From Verrucomicrobiota bacterium (lineage in GTDB: Bacteria; Verrucomicrobiota; Verrucomicrobiia; Opitutales; LL51), in assembly GCA_021294815.2 (NCBI GenBank), contig CP095464.1, forward strand, positions 660,001-692,000: 32,000 bases of DNA. Direction: 5' to 3'. Each line of letters starts with the position of its first letter. Position 1 is the stretch's first letter. The notes beneath the pieces are model-generated. The model did no database searches, was not told the origin of the DNA, and saw only the letters and a list, made by a program, of their open reading frames with translations. This document shows positions 1 to 8,974 of this stretch, in pieces. The translations under genes were made by a program, and so were the position numbers.

Positions 1-54
1 GAATTTCGTCAGTCGAGCTCTGAACGGAACAGAGGAGGGGATAGTGGATTTGGG

Positions 55-534
55 TTGCGGTTTCGTCTGCTACTCGGTTACCACGATTTGACGTTGAAAG
101 ATGTCAGCGAGGTTACAGGTGCCGCGATTTCGACGGTTAGTACGTGGCGCAATGGTCGAATTCCTTCATCACGTGATGTTATTGAGCGTATCGCGCAGCT
201 ATTCCATGTTACTCCGGCATACCTATTATACGGTGGAACCGCAACGGAAAGCGATGTGGACCCATCCTTCTGGGAAATTTCAAGTGGGATGCCGCAAAAA
301 CGGGATCATGACCAGTTATTGCGTCGGCGAATCGAGTTGTATTTCGGTGACTACCTCAATGAAGCGGAAAAATATGAGGGAGGTCTGGAGCATACCTGGT
401 TGCAGCTTGTTCGGGAGTTTCCTGCGCATTGGTTTCAAAACGCCGGTGAGATCGTTGTACGTAAGTCTTCTAAAGACAAAACAACTATCCGAATTTCCAT
501 GGACCCAAATGAGGAATTATCCTCGAGTGAATAG
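55..534 (+). CDS. XRE/Cro-C1-type helix-turn-helix transcriptional regulator
   Basis: 159-aa ORF with a TTG start. The N-terminal LTLKDVSEVTGAAISTVSTWRNGRIPSSRDVIERIAQLFHVTPAYLL fits the HTH_3 pattern. The C-terminal ~90 aa are unassigned. Confidence 0.8.
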   Translation: MRFRLLLGYHDLTLKDVSEVTGAAISTVSTWRNGRIPSSRDVIERIAQLFHVTPAYLLYGGTATESDVDPSFWEISSGMPQKRDHDQLLRRRIELYFGDYLNEAEKYEGGLEHTWLQLVREFPAHWFQNAGEIVVRKSSKDKTTIRISMDPNEELSSSE

Positions 535-1431
535 TGCAATGGGTTCGTTTTCGGACCGATATTCGTTCAAAATATTCAAGAATTGTTGGGCACTTTGAGA
601 AGGTGTTCGCTCTTTAGGGTAGGAAACGTACAGCGAGAAGGGTAACGTGCACTCTGTGAGTGAGATTTTTTGAAAACGAGATCCATCCGAAGACGAGATA
701 TCGGGAAATACCGTACTTCGCGGTAAAAATGCAATGCCGTTGTGCGATAGAACGGCCTGTTTGACGAGTTCAATTTGCCCGAGTTCAACCGTATAATGAG
801 GTGATAAAGCATAGTTCTCCAGTGCTTTTTCAAAAACATTGCGGAGCGAATGTTGTGAATGAAACCCGACGAGTGGAAAAGTTTTGATTTTTTGTAGTGC
901 TAGCGTTTCCGGTTGGGGGAAGGTCTTTCGGGATCCAATAGGAATAAACTCTTCCTTTAGAAATGGGCTTGAGGTAAAATCGCGCGACGATAGGGGTTTT
1001 TCAAAGAGAAAGAGGTCTGAGCGGAGCCCCTGTCTCGCCTGCATGCTGTCGGCGTAGTGAATATCGATATTAAATTTCTGAAAGCGTTGAAAGTATTCGT
1101 GGATAAATTGCGGCAAGATATAGACACCGATCCAATCACTCGTGGCAATCATGAGTTCGTCGGGGTCGTTTTTTGAGGGATTTTCGATGTCGGAAAGCAT
1201 CGTCGCATAGTGAGAGAGAATCTGTTGCGCGTATTTGTAAAAAATTAACCCCTCACGTGTCAGCTTAAGTGATTTCTGTGTTTTTTCGATGAGATTGACC
1301 TTTAATGTGCTTTCAATAGCTCTGATGCGCTGACTGATGGCGGACTGCGAAACCTGATTTTTGCGTGCTGCTTCCGAAAAACTCGCGCTATCGACGAGGT
1401 CTAAAAAAACTTTCATCATGCCGATATTCAT
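517..1431 (-). CDS. LysR-family transcriptional regulator
   Basis: 304-aa ORF. The N-terminal MKVFLDLVDSASFSEAARKNQVSQSAISQRIRAIESTLKVNLIEKTQKSLKLTREG is a typical LysR winged HTH, followed by a substrate-binding-domain-sized C-terminus. Confidence 0.9.
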   Translation of the reverse strand: MNIGMMKVFLDLVDSASFSEAARKNQVSQSAISQRIRAIESTLKVNLIEKTQKSLKLTREGLIFYKYAQQILSHYATMLSDIENPSKNDPDELMIATSDWIGVYILPQFIHEYFQRFQKFNIDIHYADSMQARQGLRSDLFLFEKPLSSRDFTSSPFLKEEFIPIGSRKTFPQPETLALQKIKTFPLVGFHSQHSLRNVFEKALENYALSPHYTVELGQIELVKQAVLSHNGIAFLPRSTVFPDISSSDGSRFQKISLTECTLPFSLYVSYPKERTPSQSAQQFLNILNEYRSENEPIALFTRG

Positions 1432-1466
1432 CGCGTCGTCGGTGCTTATTCTATAAAAAAAAATCC

Positions 1467-1481
1467 ATTAGTGAAGCTAAT
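1467..1481. promoter_or_regulatory. Candidate LysR box (ATTAG-N5-CTAAT, containing T-N11-A) in the divergent intergenic region
   Basis: ATTAGTGAAGCTAAT dyad lies 36 nt upstream of the LysR start (1431), between it and the divergent gene at 1558. The surrounding region is AT-rich. Confidence 0.4.
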
Positions 1482-1557
1482 ATTTACTTTTATTTAACAA
1501 TTGAGTCTCTAAAAATAAAAGCTGGTACGGTACCGGTTTTTATCTACAGTCGCCATC

Positions 1558-2505
1558 GTGGATACGCTCAAGAAAATTTTGTTATTTCCGTTTGTTGTTT
1601 TACGTATGCTTTGGCGCGGATTGGTGCTCATTTGGCAGTGGAGTTTTTATGTGAGCCTTGTACTTTTTCTACTTTTCCTGCTCGCCTGGGCTTCACTAAA
1701 TTTTTGGCTCCCGTGGGTTTCCAGCCATTATATGAAGCGAAAGACGGGTTTCAGGCTCGTAATCCAAGATTCCAATTGCTCGATTTACCATGGGTTACTC
1801 GATTTTCGTGACCTTACGATCAAAAATCCAGAGAATGATACTTTTAAACAAGAAGATCTTGTGCGATTCCATCAAGTGCGAGCGAGTATTGATTGGATAT
1901 CACTCTATCGCTCTTATTTCCCTGGAGGAAATTCCGAGGAAATTGTCATTCCGGAAGTCGATATCGATGTCGAAAAATTGATTTGTGAGCCTGGTAAGCA
2001 CGGAGAATACAATTTTAAACTTTTAGGCGATCAGTTTGCAGCGCAGAACGGCGATTCGAAAAAATTGCGGCCGAAAGATAAATCGGCACCACATAAATCC
2101 GAGAATGGATCTAAGCTGCGTTTTGTGATTGCGAAAGTTCGCTTTCACTTGGGTTCATGCGAACTCTATAAACGCGATGGTACGAGTAAAGTTGTTGCGG
2201 TCGACCGTACCTGGCACTTTGAAAATATTCGTTCGTGGAGTGACGTGGCGCGATCGATTGTTGCCGATGTCCAGGCGATGGGACTTTCCGTAGCTGTCGG
2301 TGGCCTTCTCGACCTAGTTTCCGATTTGCCGATTTTGAAAACCGCTAAGCGTTCGCTCAAGGCTGTGCATCGTACCAGTAAGAATTTAGCAAAAAAGGCC
2401 GTTGATTCGGCGCAAAAACTGCCTTCGGTGAAAGAAGTTTGGGATAACTCATTGGAAGCGCTGAAGGTCTCTAAACCAGATCCCGACGTTGTTCCCGTGC
2501 AGTAA
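1558..2505 (+). CDS. Membrane-anchored hypothetical protein (AsmA/DUF748-like N-terminus)
   Basis: 315-aa ORF with a GTG start and one long N-terminal hydrophobic segment (LVLIWQWSFYVSLVLFLLFLLAWASLNFW). This is followed by TGFRLVIQDSNCSIYHGLLDFRDLTIKNPEND, which resembles AsmA-like proteins. The assignment is from memory only. Confidence 0.45.
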   Translation: MDTLKKILLFPFVVLRMLWRGLVLIWQWSFYVSLVLFLLFLLAWASLNFWLPWVSSHYMKRKTGFRLVIQDSNCSIYHGLLDFRDLTIKNPENDTFKQEDLVRFHQVRASIDWISLYRSYFPGGNSEEIVIPEVDIDVEKLICEPGKHGEYNFKLLGDQFAAQNGDSKKLRPKDKSAPHKSENGSKLRFVIAKVRFHLGSCELYKRDGTSKVVAVDRTWHFENIRSWSDVARSIVADVQAMGLSVAVGGLLDLVSDLPILKTAKRSLKAVHRTSKNLAKKAVDSAQKLPSVKEVWDNSLEALKVSKPDPDVVPVQ

Positions 2506-2512
2506 TGATCGA

Positions 2513-3238
2513 CTACTTTTGAATCGCTCCTAAGGCGGTGATCTCAAATTTGCTACCGGTAGGACCCCAGCGGTCCGCGAAGAATTCGACGTGTTCTCCG
2601 ATACCGGTGGGATAAAGCGTCATATAAGGACGCGCGTGACTGTGTGATGCCGAATAGGATTGGCCTTCCGAGGTCATTGTTGTAAACGCCGGTGCAAAAA
2701 ATTGATGATCGCTGCTAATAGTCGCTTCGGTGTTCTGATTATTTTGCTGAGGATTTTGGATTCGGCAGTAAACGATAGCTCCGTGATCTAAAACGATCCG
2801 ATCGGTTTCATCTGTGATGAGTGCCAGTGGGGTGCGTGTTGTAACATTGGTTGTGATGCTCGATAACGTTTGTTCGGTAATGGGTTGCCGAAGTGACGCG
2901 ATTTCATTGATAAATTTGGCGACGTTTTTGCATTCCTCGGGATCCGAGGCATTGGCCAAGCTATTTCCAGAATTTGTGCCTAAAAAAAGCTCCGAAATGT
3001 TGAGCGTAGCGGCATTATCGTAAACATGAATACGCATCGGTCGGCCGTAATGAACCGCGAGTTTACGGGCTTCGTAAAGGATTTCGCGCATCGCATCCTC
3101 CGGTTTTTTGACCCTCAATTCCTCGGCGCTTGGAAATTTCCCCACCGTTGTCACTGCCGCTAAAATCGCGACGATCGCAATTGCCAATAGGAGTTCGACG
3201 AGTGTTAATCCGCTCGATTTTTTGTTCTTTAGATCCAT
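2513..3238 (-). CDS. Prepilin-type N-terminal cleavage/methylation domain protein (pseudopilin-like)
   Basis: I use the internal ATG at 3238 (MDLKNKKSSG/LTLVELLLAIAIVAILAAV). This gives the classic G-[FL]TLxE prepilin motif plus a hydrophobic helix. The tracked ORF start at 3316 would add 26 non-pilin residues. Confidence 0.8.
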   Translation of the reverse strand: MDLKNKKSSGLTLVELLLAIAIVAILAAVTTVGKFPSAEELRVKKPEDAMREILYEARKLAVHYGRPMRIHVYDNAATLNISELFLGTNSGNSLANASDPEECKNVAKFINEIASLRQPITEQTLSSITTNVTTRTPLALITDETDRIVLDHGAIVYCRIQNPQQNNQNTEATISSDHQFFAPAFTTMTSEGQSYSASHSHARPYMTLYPTGIGEHVEFFADRWGPTGSKFEITALGAIQK

Positions 3239-3287
3239 ACCGACTTCGCTTCGATTGTAATAAGACCGGCTACATTCGCAAGGCAGA

Positions 3288-4769
3288 TCAGTGTTTTTGT
3301 GCCCACCGATAGACATCGACGTAACGTTCTGCAGACGTCTTCCATGAAAAATCCTGTTCCATCGCCTTTTGTCGCATCGCTAAAATGACCTCCGGTTGGT
3401 CGTAATAAAGCGCATTCGCTTTGCCAATGGCGTGAAAGAGGGCGGATTCCGAGAGGTCGTCAAAAAGGAAACCCGTACCGGGGTGTTTTCCGTAAGTGGT
3501 AATTGTATCGGCGAGACCTCCCGTGGCATGTGCAATCGGCAGCGTTCCGTAGCGCATCGAGTACATCTGATTGAGCCCACAGGGTTCGAATCGGCTGGGC
3601 ATCAAGAAAAAATCGCTCCCGGCCTCGATGAGATGGGCCAGCGACTCGTTGTAGCCTATATAAATAAAAGCCTGATCCTGATGGTGCCGCGCAATGTGGA
3701 TGAATTGCGATTCCAACTCGTGATCGCCACTGCCTAATAATACAAACTGTAGGCGCATTTGTCTCAAGACGCTCTCAAGGATGCGGACCAAATAGTCTAA
3801 CCCCTTTTGCTCGTAGAGACGTGCAATGACCGAAAAAATCGGAATCGCCGGATCTTCTGGAAGACGGCAGTAGTGCTGTAATTCGGCTTTGCATTGCGTT
3901 TTACCAGAAAAATCATTCCGGGAAAAGTGATGTGTAATCAAGGGGTCGTGTTCGGGAGACCAAAGCGTTTCATCAATTCCATTTCGGATTCCAATAAGGT
4001 CACCTGCACGAAACTTTAACACCGGATCGAGACCAAAACCAAAATGCGGCGTCTGGATCTCCTTCGCGTAATTTTCGCTGACGGTTGTGAGTTTGGTGGA
4101 AAAATACAGTCCCGCTTTCATCATATTGACTTGACCAAAAGCCTCGACGCCATCGGGCCGAAAAACATGGTCTGGAATGCCTAAAAACGATAAGACCGAG
4201 CGGGGCGCATAGCCGTGATGCTGAAGATTGTGAATCGTGAAGACGGAGCCACTGCGTTCGAGAGGGTGTTCACGCTCAACAGTATCAAGCAGCACCGAGA
4301 GGAGTCCCGCGGTCCAATCGTGCCCATGAAAAATATCTGGGATCCAGTTGAGGTAGTAGCAGAGATCGATCGCCGCGCGCGCAAGAAACGCAAAGCGCTC
4401 ATGATTATCGTCAAAATCTCCATACCGGTCCGCGTAAATGCCGTTGCGGTTGAAATAGCGGTCGAACTCCAAAAAATAAACGGATAAATTGTCTTTTTTG
4501 AGTTCCCAAATTTTGGCGAATTCGATCCCGTAGCCCATATTGACAATCATCGGCTGGGGATGTTCAATCACCGACGATGGCAGCGAAAATGTGGAATATT
4601 TGGGCAAAACCACCTTAACCTCATGTCCCAGTTGTGCGACATAACGCGAAAGCGATGCAACACAATCGCCCAAACCTCCAACCTTTGCAAACGGTGTATA
4701 CTCCGGCGTTAGCATGCAAATTTTGAGTGGTTGTATGGAATCTGCCGATTTTGAAGCCCTCGCTTTCAT
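3288..4769 (-). CDS. glgA: Glycogen synthase (ADP-glucose type starch/glycogen synthase)
   Basis: KICMLTPEYTPFAKVGGLGDCVASLSRYVAQLGHEVKVVLPKY is the GlgA N-terminal K-x-G-G-L signature. The C-terminal FLMPSRFEPCGLNQMYSMRYGTLPIAHATGGLADT is also typical. I moved the start to ATG 4769 (MKARASKS...) because the 51-aa upstream extension in the ORF track looks non-coding. Confidence 0.93.
   Translation of the reverse strand: MKARASKSADSIQPLKICMLTPEYTPFAKVGGLGDCVASLSRYVAQLGHEVKVVLPKYSTFSLPSSVIEHPQPMIVNMGYGIEFAKIWELKKDNLSVYFLEFDRYFNRNGIYADRYGDFDDNHERFAFLARAAIDLCYYLNWIPDIFHGHDWTAGLLSVLLDTVEREHPLERSGSVFTIHNLQHHGYAPRSVLSFLGIPDHVFRPDGVEAFGQVNMMKAGLYFSTKLTTVSENYAKEIQTPHFGFGLDPVLKFRAGDLIGIRNGIDETLWSPEHDPLITHHFSRNDFSGKTQCKAELQHYCRLPEDPAIPIFSVIARLYEQKGLDYLVRILESVLRQMRLQFVLLGSGDHELESQFIHIARHHQDQAFIYIGYNESLAHLIEAGSDFFLMPSRFEPCGLNQMYSMRYGTLPIAHATGGLADTITTYGKHPGTGFLFDDLSESALFHAIGKANALYYDQPEVILAMRQKAMEQDFSWKTSAERYVDVYRWAQKH
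4648..4730. repeat. Direct repeat copy 1 (inside the intact glgA 5' end)
   Basis: 83 nt align without gaps to 8535..8617, with 9 mismatches by my manual count. Confidence 0.85.
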
Positions 4770-4884
4770 CTCTAAAGTGAAAAACATTATGGTAAAAAGT
4801 ATCTCAAATGCAAGAGAGCCCCGAGTTACATATGTTCTGAAAAATTCTTGACAGTAGTTTAAATATATCAACCAAGATGCGGCC

Positions 4885-6372
4885 ATGAATCTAAAAAGGT
4901 ATTCTAAGAATAAGTTGAGCACTTTGTTTTGTTCTACGGCGGTTTTGCTGAGTGGTTTTGTTCAAACTTTTGGAGCAACAGAAGTCATGATCAATCCTCC
5001 TAACTCTTCCGAGTGTCAAGATAAACGGTATGCTCCAGTAAAACGGTACATCATTGATACGGGAAATCGGGAGGACTTAGGATTGCAGTCTGCGTGCGGT
5101 TTTTATTCGCTAGAAGCAGCATTGCAAATAGCCTTAAACCCAAAAGAAAAATTTCTAACAATTCAAAGGGGACCGATTATTGATTGGTATCAACAGTACG
5201 CAAAAATTCTCGAGGAATATTTCCCTATTATAAGGAGTGTTGTTTCTCCCTCGTTTAAGATAGATGGGAAATTTTTTACTGATTTTTATAATCTGTCGAA
5301 TTTTGACACGCTGGAAAGGGTTGCCCAGTTTGCAACGGGAAATTTGAATGCAAGCTGGAGGGAAAGTTTAAAGGGGCGCCCTGATAACACTTCAGAAGAT
5401 GAAGATTATGAGGAAAAATTCTGCAAACTTGCTAAACTCTATTATGGTAATCGGAGCCCCTCAGAGGATTATTTGGAGTTTAGACAGATTTTATTTGCGC
5501 AATGGATAATGCTAGTAATTGGTGAATGTCCGTGGCTAGATATCGAAGAAAAGGATTCGGAAAACTTGGAGTTAATGAGTTCAAAATGGAACGATCACTG
5601 CGGGGGAAAGCGTTGTGATATGCAAGTACAAGAACGTATGTACCGCGAAGGAGTTCAACTGGTGAAAAATTGTGATTTTGGTATTTGCTCCTGGAGTTAT
5701 TTTTTCACGGGAATGGTGCAGGTAGCATCATGTGGGAATGAGATGCTTTGCGATAAGTTTACGATTAATATATTTTCTTTGGAGCCTAATGAGCGTGAAG
5801 TACGTTTTGTGAGGAGTTTCTTTGATTCTTTAGACAGAGAAGGGAATAAAAAGCTTAGCATTAACATAGCGTTCAGTTCTGAACATGCAGAGTGCTTAAC
5901 TCCAGATGACCGGTTGCGCTGGGTAACTTACAATGATGTATACACGAATTCTCAATATGAAGAATTGACTCAGGATATGAATCGATGGGAGAACCTTCGT
6001 CTATCATTACTTGAAGCAGAGCGGTGGCAAGATACAATTCAAGCGAAGAAGTTTGATTTGCGTCTCAATGAATTCTTAACTCAAATGCGGGCAAAACAGC
6101 CTATAGTGAATTCTGTAGTTGTTGCCCCAAATCCTGTACTGATAGTGACAGCAAAAGACGTAAACATTCAAAAGGATTTTCCGAGATATCTCACAGTAGA
6201 TGATATTCCTCAAAGATGGAGGAAGAACAAGTCATCCCACATACCGGGTACGCTTAGTAATGAGGAAAAGGGGTTTCATGACAAACTTGTATGCATAAAA
6301 ATATACGAAGACTATTTTTCACTATTATCCAGGATGATGGATGCGGCAAAACTAAGAGAACGAGTCAAGTAG
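4885..6372 (+). CDS. Secreted hypothetical protein, paralog A of a Cys...His family (possible papain/USP-like cysteine peptidase)
   Basis: 495 aa with an N-terminal signal-like segment (LSTLFCSTAVLLSGFVQTFGA). It is clearly homologous to 6703..8343 through shared blocks: KRYII, ACGFYSL, ALNP, VSPSF, GNLN, SKWND, KFTINIF, SFFDSL, LTPDDRLRWVTY, QDMNRW, PVLIV and EDYFSLL. Confidence 0.85.
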   Translation: MNLKRYSKNKLSTLFCSTAVLLSGFVQTFGATEVMINPPNSSECQDKRYAPVKRYIIDTGNREDLGLQSACGFYSLEAALQIALNPKEKFLTIQRGPIIDWYQQYAKILEEYFPIIRSVVSPSFKIDGKFFTDFYNLSNFDTLERVAQFATGNLNASWRESLKGRPDNTSEDEDYEEKFCKLAKLYYGNRSPSEDYLEFRQILFAQWIMLVIGECPWLDIEEKDSENLELMSSKWNDHCGGKRCDMQVQERMYREGVQLVKNCDFGICSWSYFFTGMVQVASCGNEMLCDKFTINIFSLEPNEREVRFVRSFFDSLDREGNKKLSINIAFSSEHAECLTPDDRLRWVTYNDVYTNSQYEELTQDMNRWENLRLSLLEAERWQDTIQAKKFDLRLNEFLTQMRAKQPIVNSVVVAPNPVLIVTAKDVNIQKDFPRYLTVDDIPQRWRKNKSSHIPGTLSNEEKGFHDKLVCIKIYEDYFSLLSRMMDAAKLRERVK

Positions 6373-6702
6373 TCTGGGAATTGAGCTTCCAAAGTTACTG
6401 ACAGGTGGACATTTATCATAACACAAGTGAGGACAGTGTTTTACTGGGCCTGTTTTGGATATCCGATGATCCAGTAGTTGAACAGGTAGTGGCTGTTGCT
6501 CTATTGAGGTGGAGATTTTAGACTGAAAGTTTCGGTTTATGGAATTTGATTGAGTTGCATCAGTAGAGTTCCGCCTTGGGAAAGGTGGGATTTTGATGAT
6601 GTTGCCATTTTTAAGATTAGCGACGATATTTTTGGATTTTTGTAGTTTGCGTGATACAAAAAACAATCTTGACAATGGAAAAGATATAGGTGACAACGGG
6701 GC

Positions 6703-8343
6703 ATGGTTTTGGAAAATTTTTCTAAATGTAGTGTAGATAGATGGTTGTGCGTTGCTGCGGTTTTATCGAGTAGCTGGTGTTGTTCCTTCGGCTCATTGGA
6801 CGAAAATATTTCGATGGAGGTTTCTTTATCCAGTCTCCTAAAACAGCAGTCATATGACCAATCAATTAAGCAACCGATCAAGCGGTACATAGTTGAGGCC
6901 GGAAATGGAGTGGGAGGAAATAGTACAAAGAAAGGCGATATGGCAATTGGTGAAGAAGCATGTGCTATTTATGCACTTTTAACTGCAATACACATGGCAT
7001 TGAATCCAGATGAGCTTTATGGTTTGGCAGTTGATGATCGAGAGGTTGCCGATGTTTATCGGCAATATGCGGATATACGGGAGAAGTATCTTCCTGTTAT
7101 GGAATGCATTGTTTCTCCGTCATTTGAGATAAACGGAGATTTTTTGCGAGAGAGAGAGAAGGTTTATAGCGAAATATGTGGCACACCCCGGCATGCTAGT
7201 ATAGAGGATTTTGCGAAAATAGCGGATGGAAATTTAAATGAAAAATTTCAAGAAGATATAAAGGAGAAAGGTCTTGTGGAGAGGTTGCGAGAGCTTGCAA
7301 TGCTCTATTATGATAAGGAATGTCCAGAAGGAACGCCCTTAGAAAACTTACCGGGGTTTGAATCGGATTTCCGTGAGCTTAGGTGGGAGTTGTTTGAAGA
7401 TTTTATAGGTACAGCGGTGTTAATAGGAAGAAACTTCTTAGATTTGACAGATTTGGATGCAATAGATGATGATGAACAAAGATTGAGTTCAATTGTAAGT
7501 AAATGGGATGATTACTATCGGGAGGAAACTTGTGATGTTCAGAAACAAGGCGAGCTGTTTCGAGAAGAGATCAAAAAATTAAGGCGGTGTGAATCATGTG
7601 TGCATACTGCAGGTTACTTTTTGATTGGGATGTTGAAAATAAGACCCTGCGGAGATTGCATGCTTTATGAAAAGTTTACGCTTAATCACTTTACTGCGGA
7701 TGAAGAGGGAAGTCGAAAAATACATTTTGACAAGAGTTTTTTCGGTTCGCTTGGCAATAATCAGGGTTCTAAAAAGGAGGTTAATGTGGTAACTTTTGCC
7801 GTGTTGGACAAGGAGGGAGAAGTTGCCTCTTGGCACGATGAGGCATTGACGCCTGATGATCGATCACGTTGGGTGACTTATAGTTTTAAACTTGCAAAAT
7901 CTCAAAGTGCAGAATTGGCTCAGGATATGCGACGATGGAAAGTGCTAAGAAAAAAGTTTTCACGCAAGTCAAAAACATGGGGTGAGTACGTAGCGTTTAA
8001 AAAACTTAGGGTTGAAACTAGCAAAAAATATCCCGTAGTAAGGGCTGTTATCCCAATTCCAGTTCCTGTACTGATTGTGAATAAGGAAAATGAAGATGTT
8101 GTAAGTGATGACCGAAAAGATTTTACAGAGGCTGATCTTCCAAGGTGTTTTATTGATAGGAGGCGCTATTCTCGAACAACGTGTCATGAAGATGGGGACG
8201 AGTCTAGAGAATGGCTTATTCGCCTAGCTATATCAGAAGAATATTTTGCACTATTATTCAAGAAGATGTGGCCCCAAAGGAGGTTGACTTGCCGGTCAAA
8301 ATTGGCCCGAGGTCATTTGCATGCCAATAGCAATCGAAAATAA
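6703..8343 (+). CDS. Secreted hypothetical protein, paralog B of the Cys...His family
   Basis: 546 aa with a signal-like N-terminus (WLCVAAVLSSSWCCSFGS). It shares blocks with paralog A: KRYIV, ACAIYAL, ALNP, VSPSF, GNLN, SKWDD, CESC...CGDC, KFTLNHF, SFFGSL, LTPDDRSRWVTY, QDMRRW, PVLIV and EEYFALL. Confidence 0.85.
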   Translation: MVLENFSKCSVDRWLCVAAVLSSSWCCSFGSLDENISMEVSLSSLLKQQSYDQSIKQPIKRYIVEAGNGVGGNSTKKGDMAIGEEACAIYALLTAIHMALNPDELYGLAVDDREVADVYRQYADIREKYLPVMECIVSPSFEINGDFLREREKVYSEICGTPRHASIEDFAKIADGNLNEKFQEDIKEKGLVERLRELAMLYYDKECPEGTPLENLPGFESDFRELRWELFEDFIGTAVLIGRNFLDLTDLDAIDDDEQRLSSIVSKWDDYYREETCDVQKQGELFREEIKKLRRCESCVHTAGYFLIGMLKIRPCGDCMLYEKFTLNHFTADEEGSRKIHFDKSFFGSLGNNQGSKKEVNVVTFAVLDKEGEVASWHDEALTPDDRSRWVTYSFKLAKSQSAELAQDMRRWKVLRKKFSRKSKTWGEYVAFKKLRVETSKKYPVVRAVIPIPVPVLIVNKENEDVVSDDRKDFTEADLPRCFIDRRRYSRTTCHEDGDESREWLIRLAISEEYFALLFKKMWPQRRLTCRSKLARGHLHANSNRK

Positions 8344-8397
8344 AATGAGTGTTTGGCAATGATGCGGGAAGACTTCACCAACATCGTCTTTACTGTT

Positions 8398-8417
8398 CGA
8401 TAGCTCAGTGGTAGAGC
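8398..8417 (+). pseudogene. tRNA 5' fragment (acceptor/D-arm remnant)
   Basis: cgatagctcagtggtagagc matches 19/20 to 8833..8852 of the intact tRNA-Asn. Downstream sequence does not fold into anticodon or T arms. The D-arm is a conserved sequence, so origin from another tRNA cannot be excluded. Confidence 0.55.
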
Positions 8418-8494
8418 GTCATTGGCAACGGGGGTTGATGTTGGATTTTAGGTAAAAAGTTGTAGTCTGATTCATGAGGGCTTTTATATAGGCA

Positions 8495-8653
8495 TCATAA
8501 TTGCGGGCGCTCTATGCTATGATTGCGCTGACGTGAAAGCGACGCAACACAATCACCCAAACCTCCGACCTTCGCAAACGGCGCATACTCCGGCGTTAGC
8601 ATGCAAATTTTTAATGGTATCTTCGCTTTCGGGGCATCTTTTTCCGTCCTCAT
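8495..8653 (-). pseudogene. glgA: Truncated glgA 5' fragment (first ~40 codons only)
   Basis: It translates to MRTEKDAPKAKIPLKICMLTPEYAPFAKVGGLGDCVASLSR, near-identical to the GlgA N-terminus at 3288..4769. It then diverges and stops (QRNHSIERPQL*). Confidence 0.85.
8535..8617. repeat. Direct repeat copy 2 (glgA 5' duplicate)
   Basis: Pairs with 4648..4730 in the same orientation, ~89% identical by manual alignment. Confidence 0.85.
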
Positions 8654-8828
8654 CCTCAACAAGAACAGTAAAAGAAATGAAGAATGGATCAAGTTTTGTT
8701 CCAGGGAAGAGTTTTAGTATCAATCAGTGTTGCTATGTTGTCGTCGGGAGGGGCGAGAAATTATCCTTTGTATTTGCCGATAATGGATTGACATCGCGGG
8801 CTGGAAAATTCTACTGGGGGCGTCTCGA

Positions 8829-8903
<75 letters not shown>

Positions 8904-8974
8904 TGTTGGGATACTTAAATAAATTTTATAAAGAGACTTGACTTTTGCTTGAGACGGTGGTTACAAGGCCGTCT

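Noticed and set aside
101-598. 165-aa ORF overlapping the XRE gene in another frame
   Set aside because: It is a shadow ORF of 55..534. It has no recognisable motif, whereas the overlapping frame has a clear HTH.
3239-3316. Upstream extension of the pseudopilin-like ORF
   Set aside because: The prepilin leader (short basic peptide, then G/LTLVE) only works from ATG 3238. The extension overlaps the glgA 3' end.
4770-4922. 51-codon N-terminal extension of the glgA ORF
   Set aside because: GlgA homology begins right after the internal MKARASKS start. The extension is hydrophobic junk and overlaps the start of paralog A on the other strand.
6352-6890. Two minus-strand ORFs (114 and 117 aa) in and around the paralog A-B intergenic region
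   Set aside because: Their composition is not protein-like, they overlap each other and the start of paralog B, and nothing supports them. The 330-nt gap is left unannotated.
7147-7159. Short (GA)n run (gagagagagagaa) inside paralog B
   Set aside because: It is too short to be a meaningful microsatellite and simply encodes RERE within the ORF.
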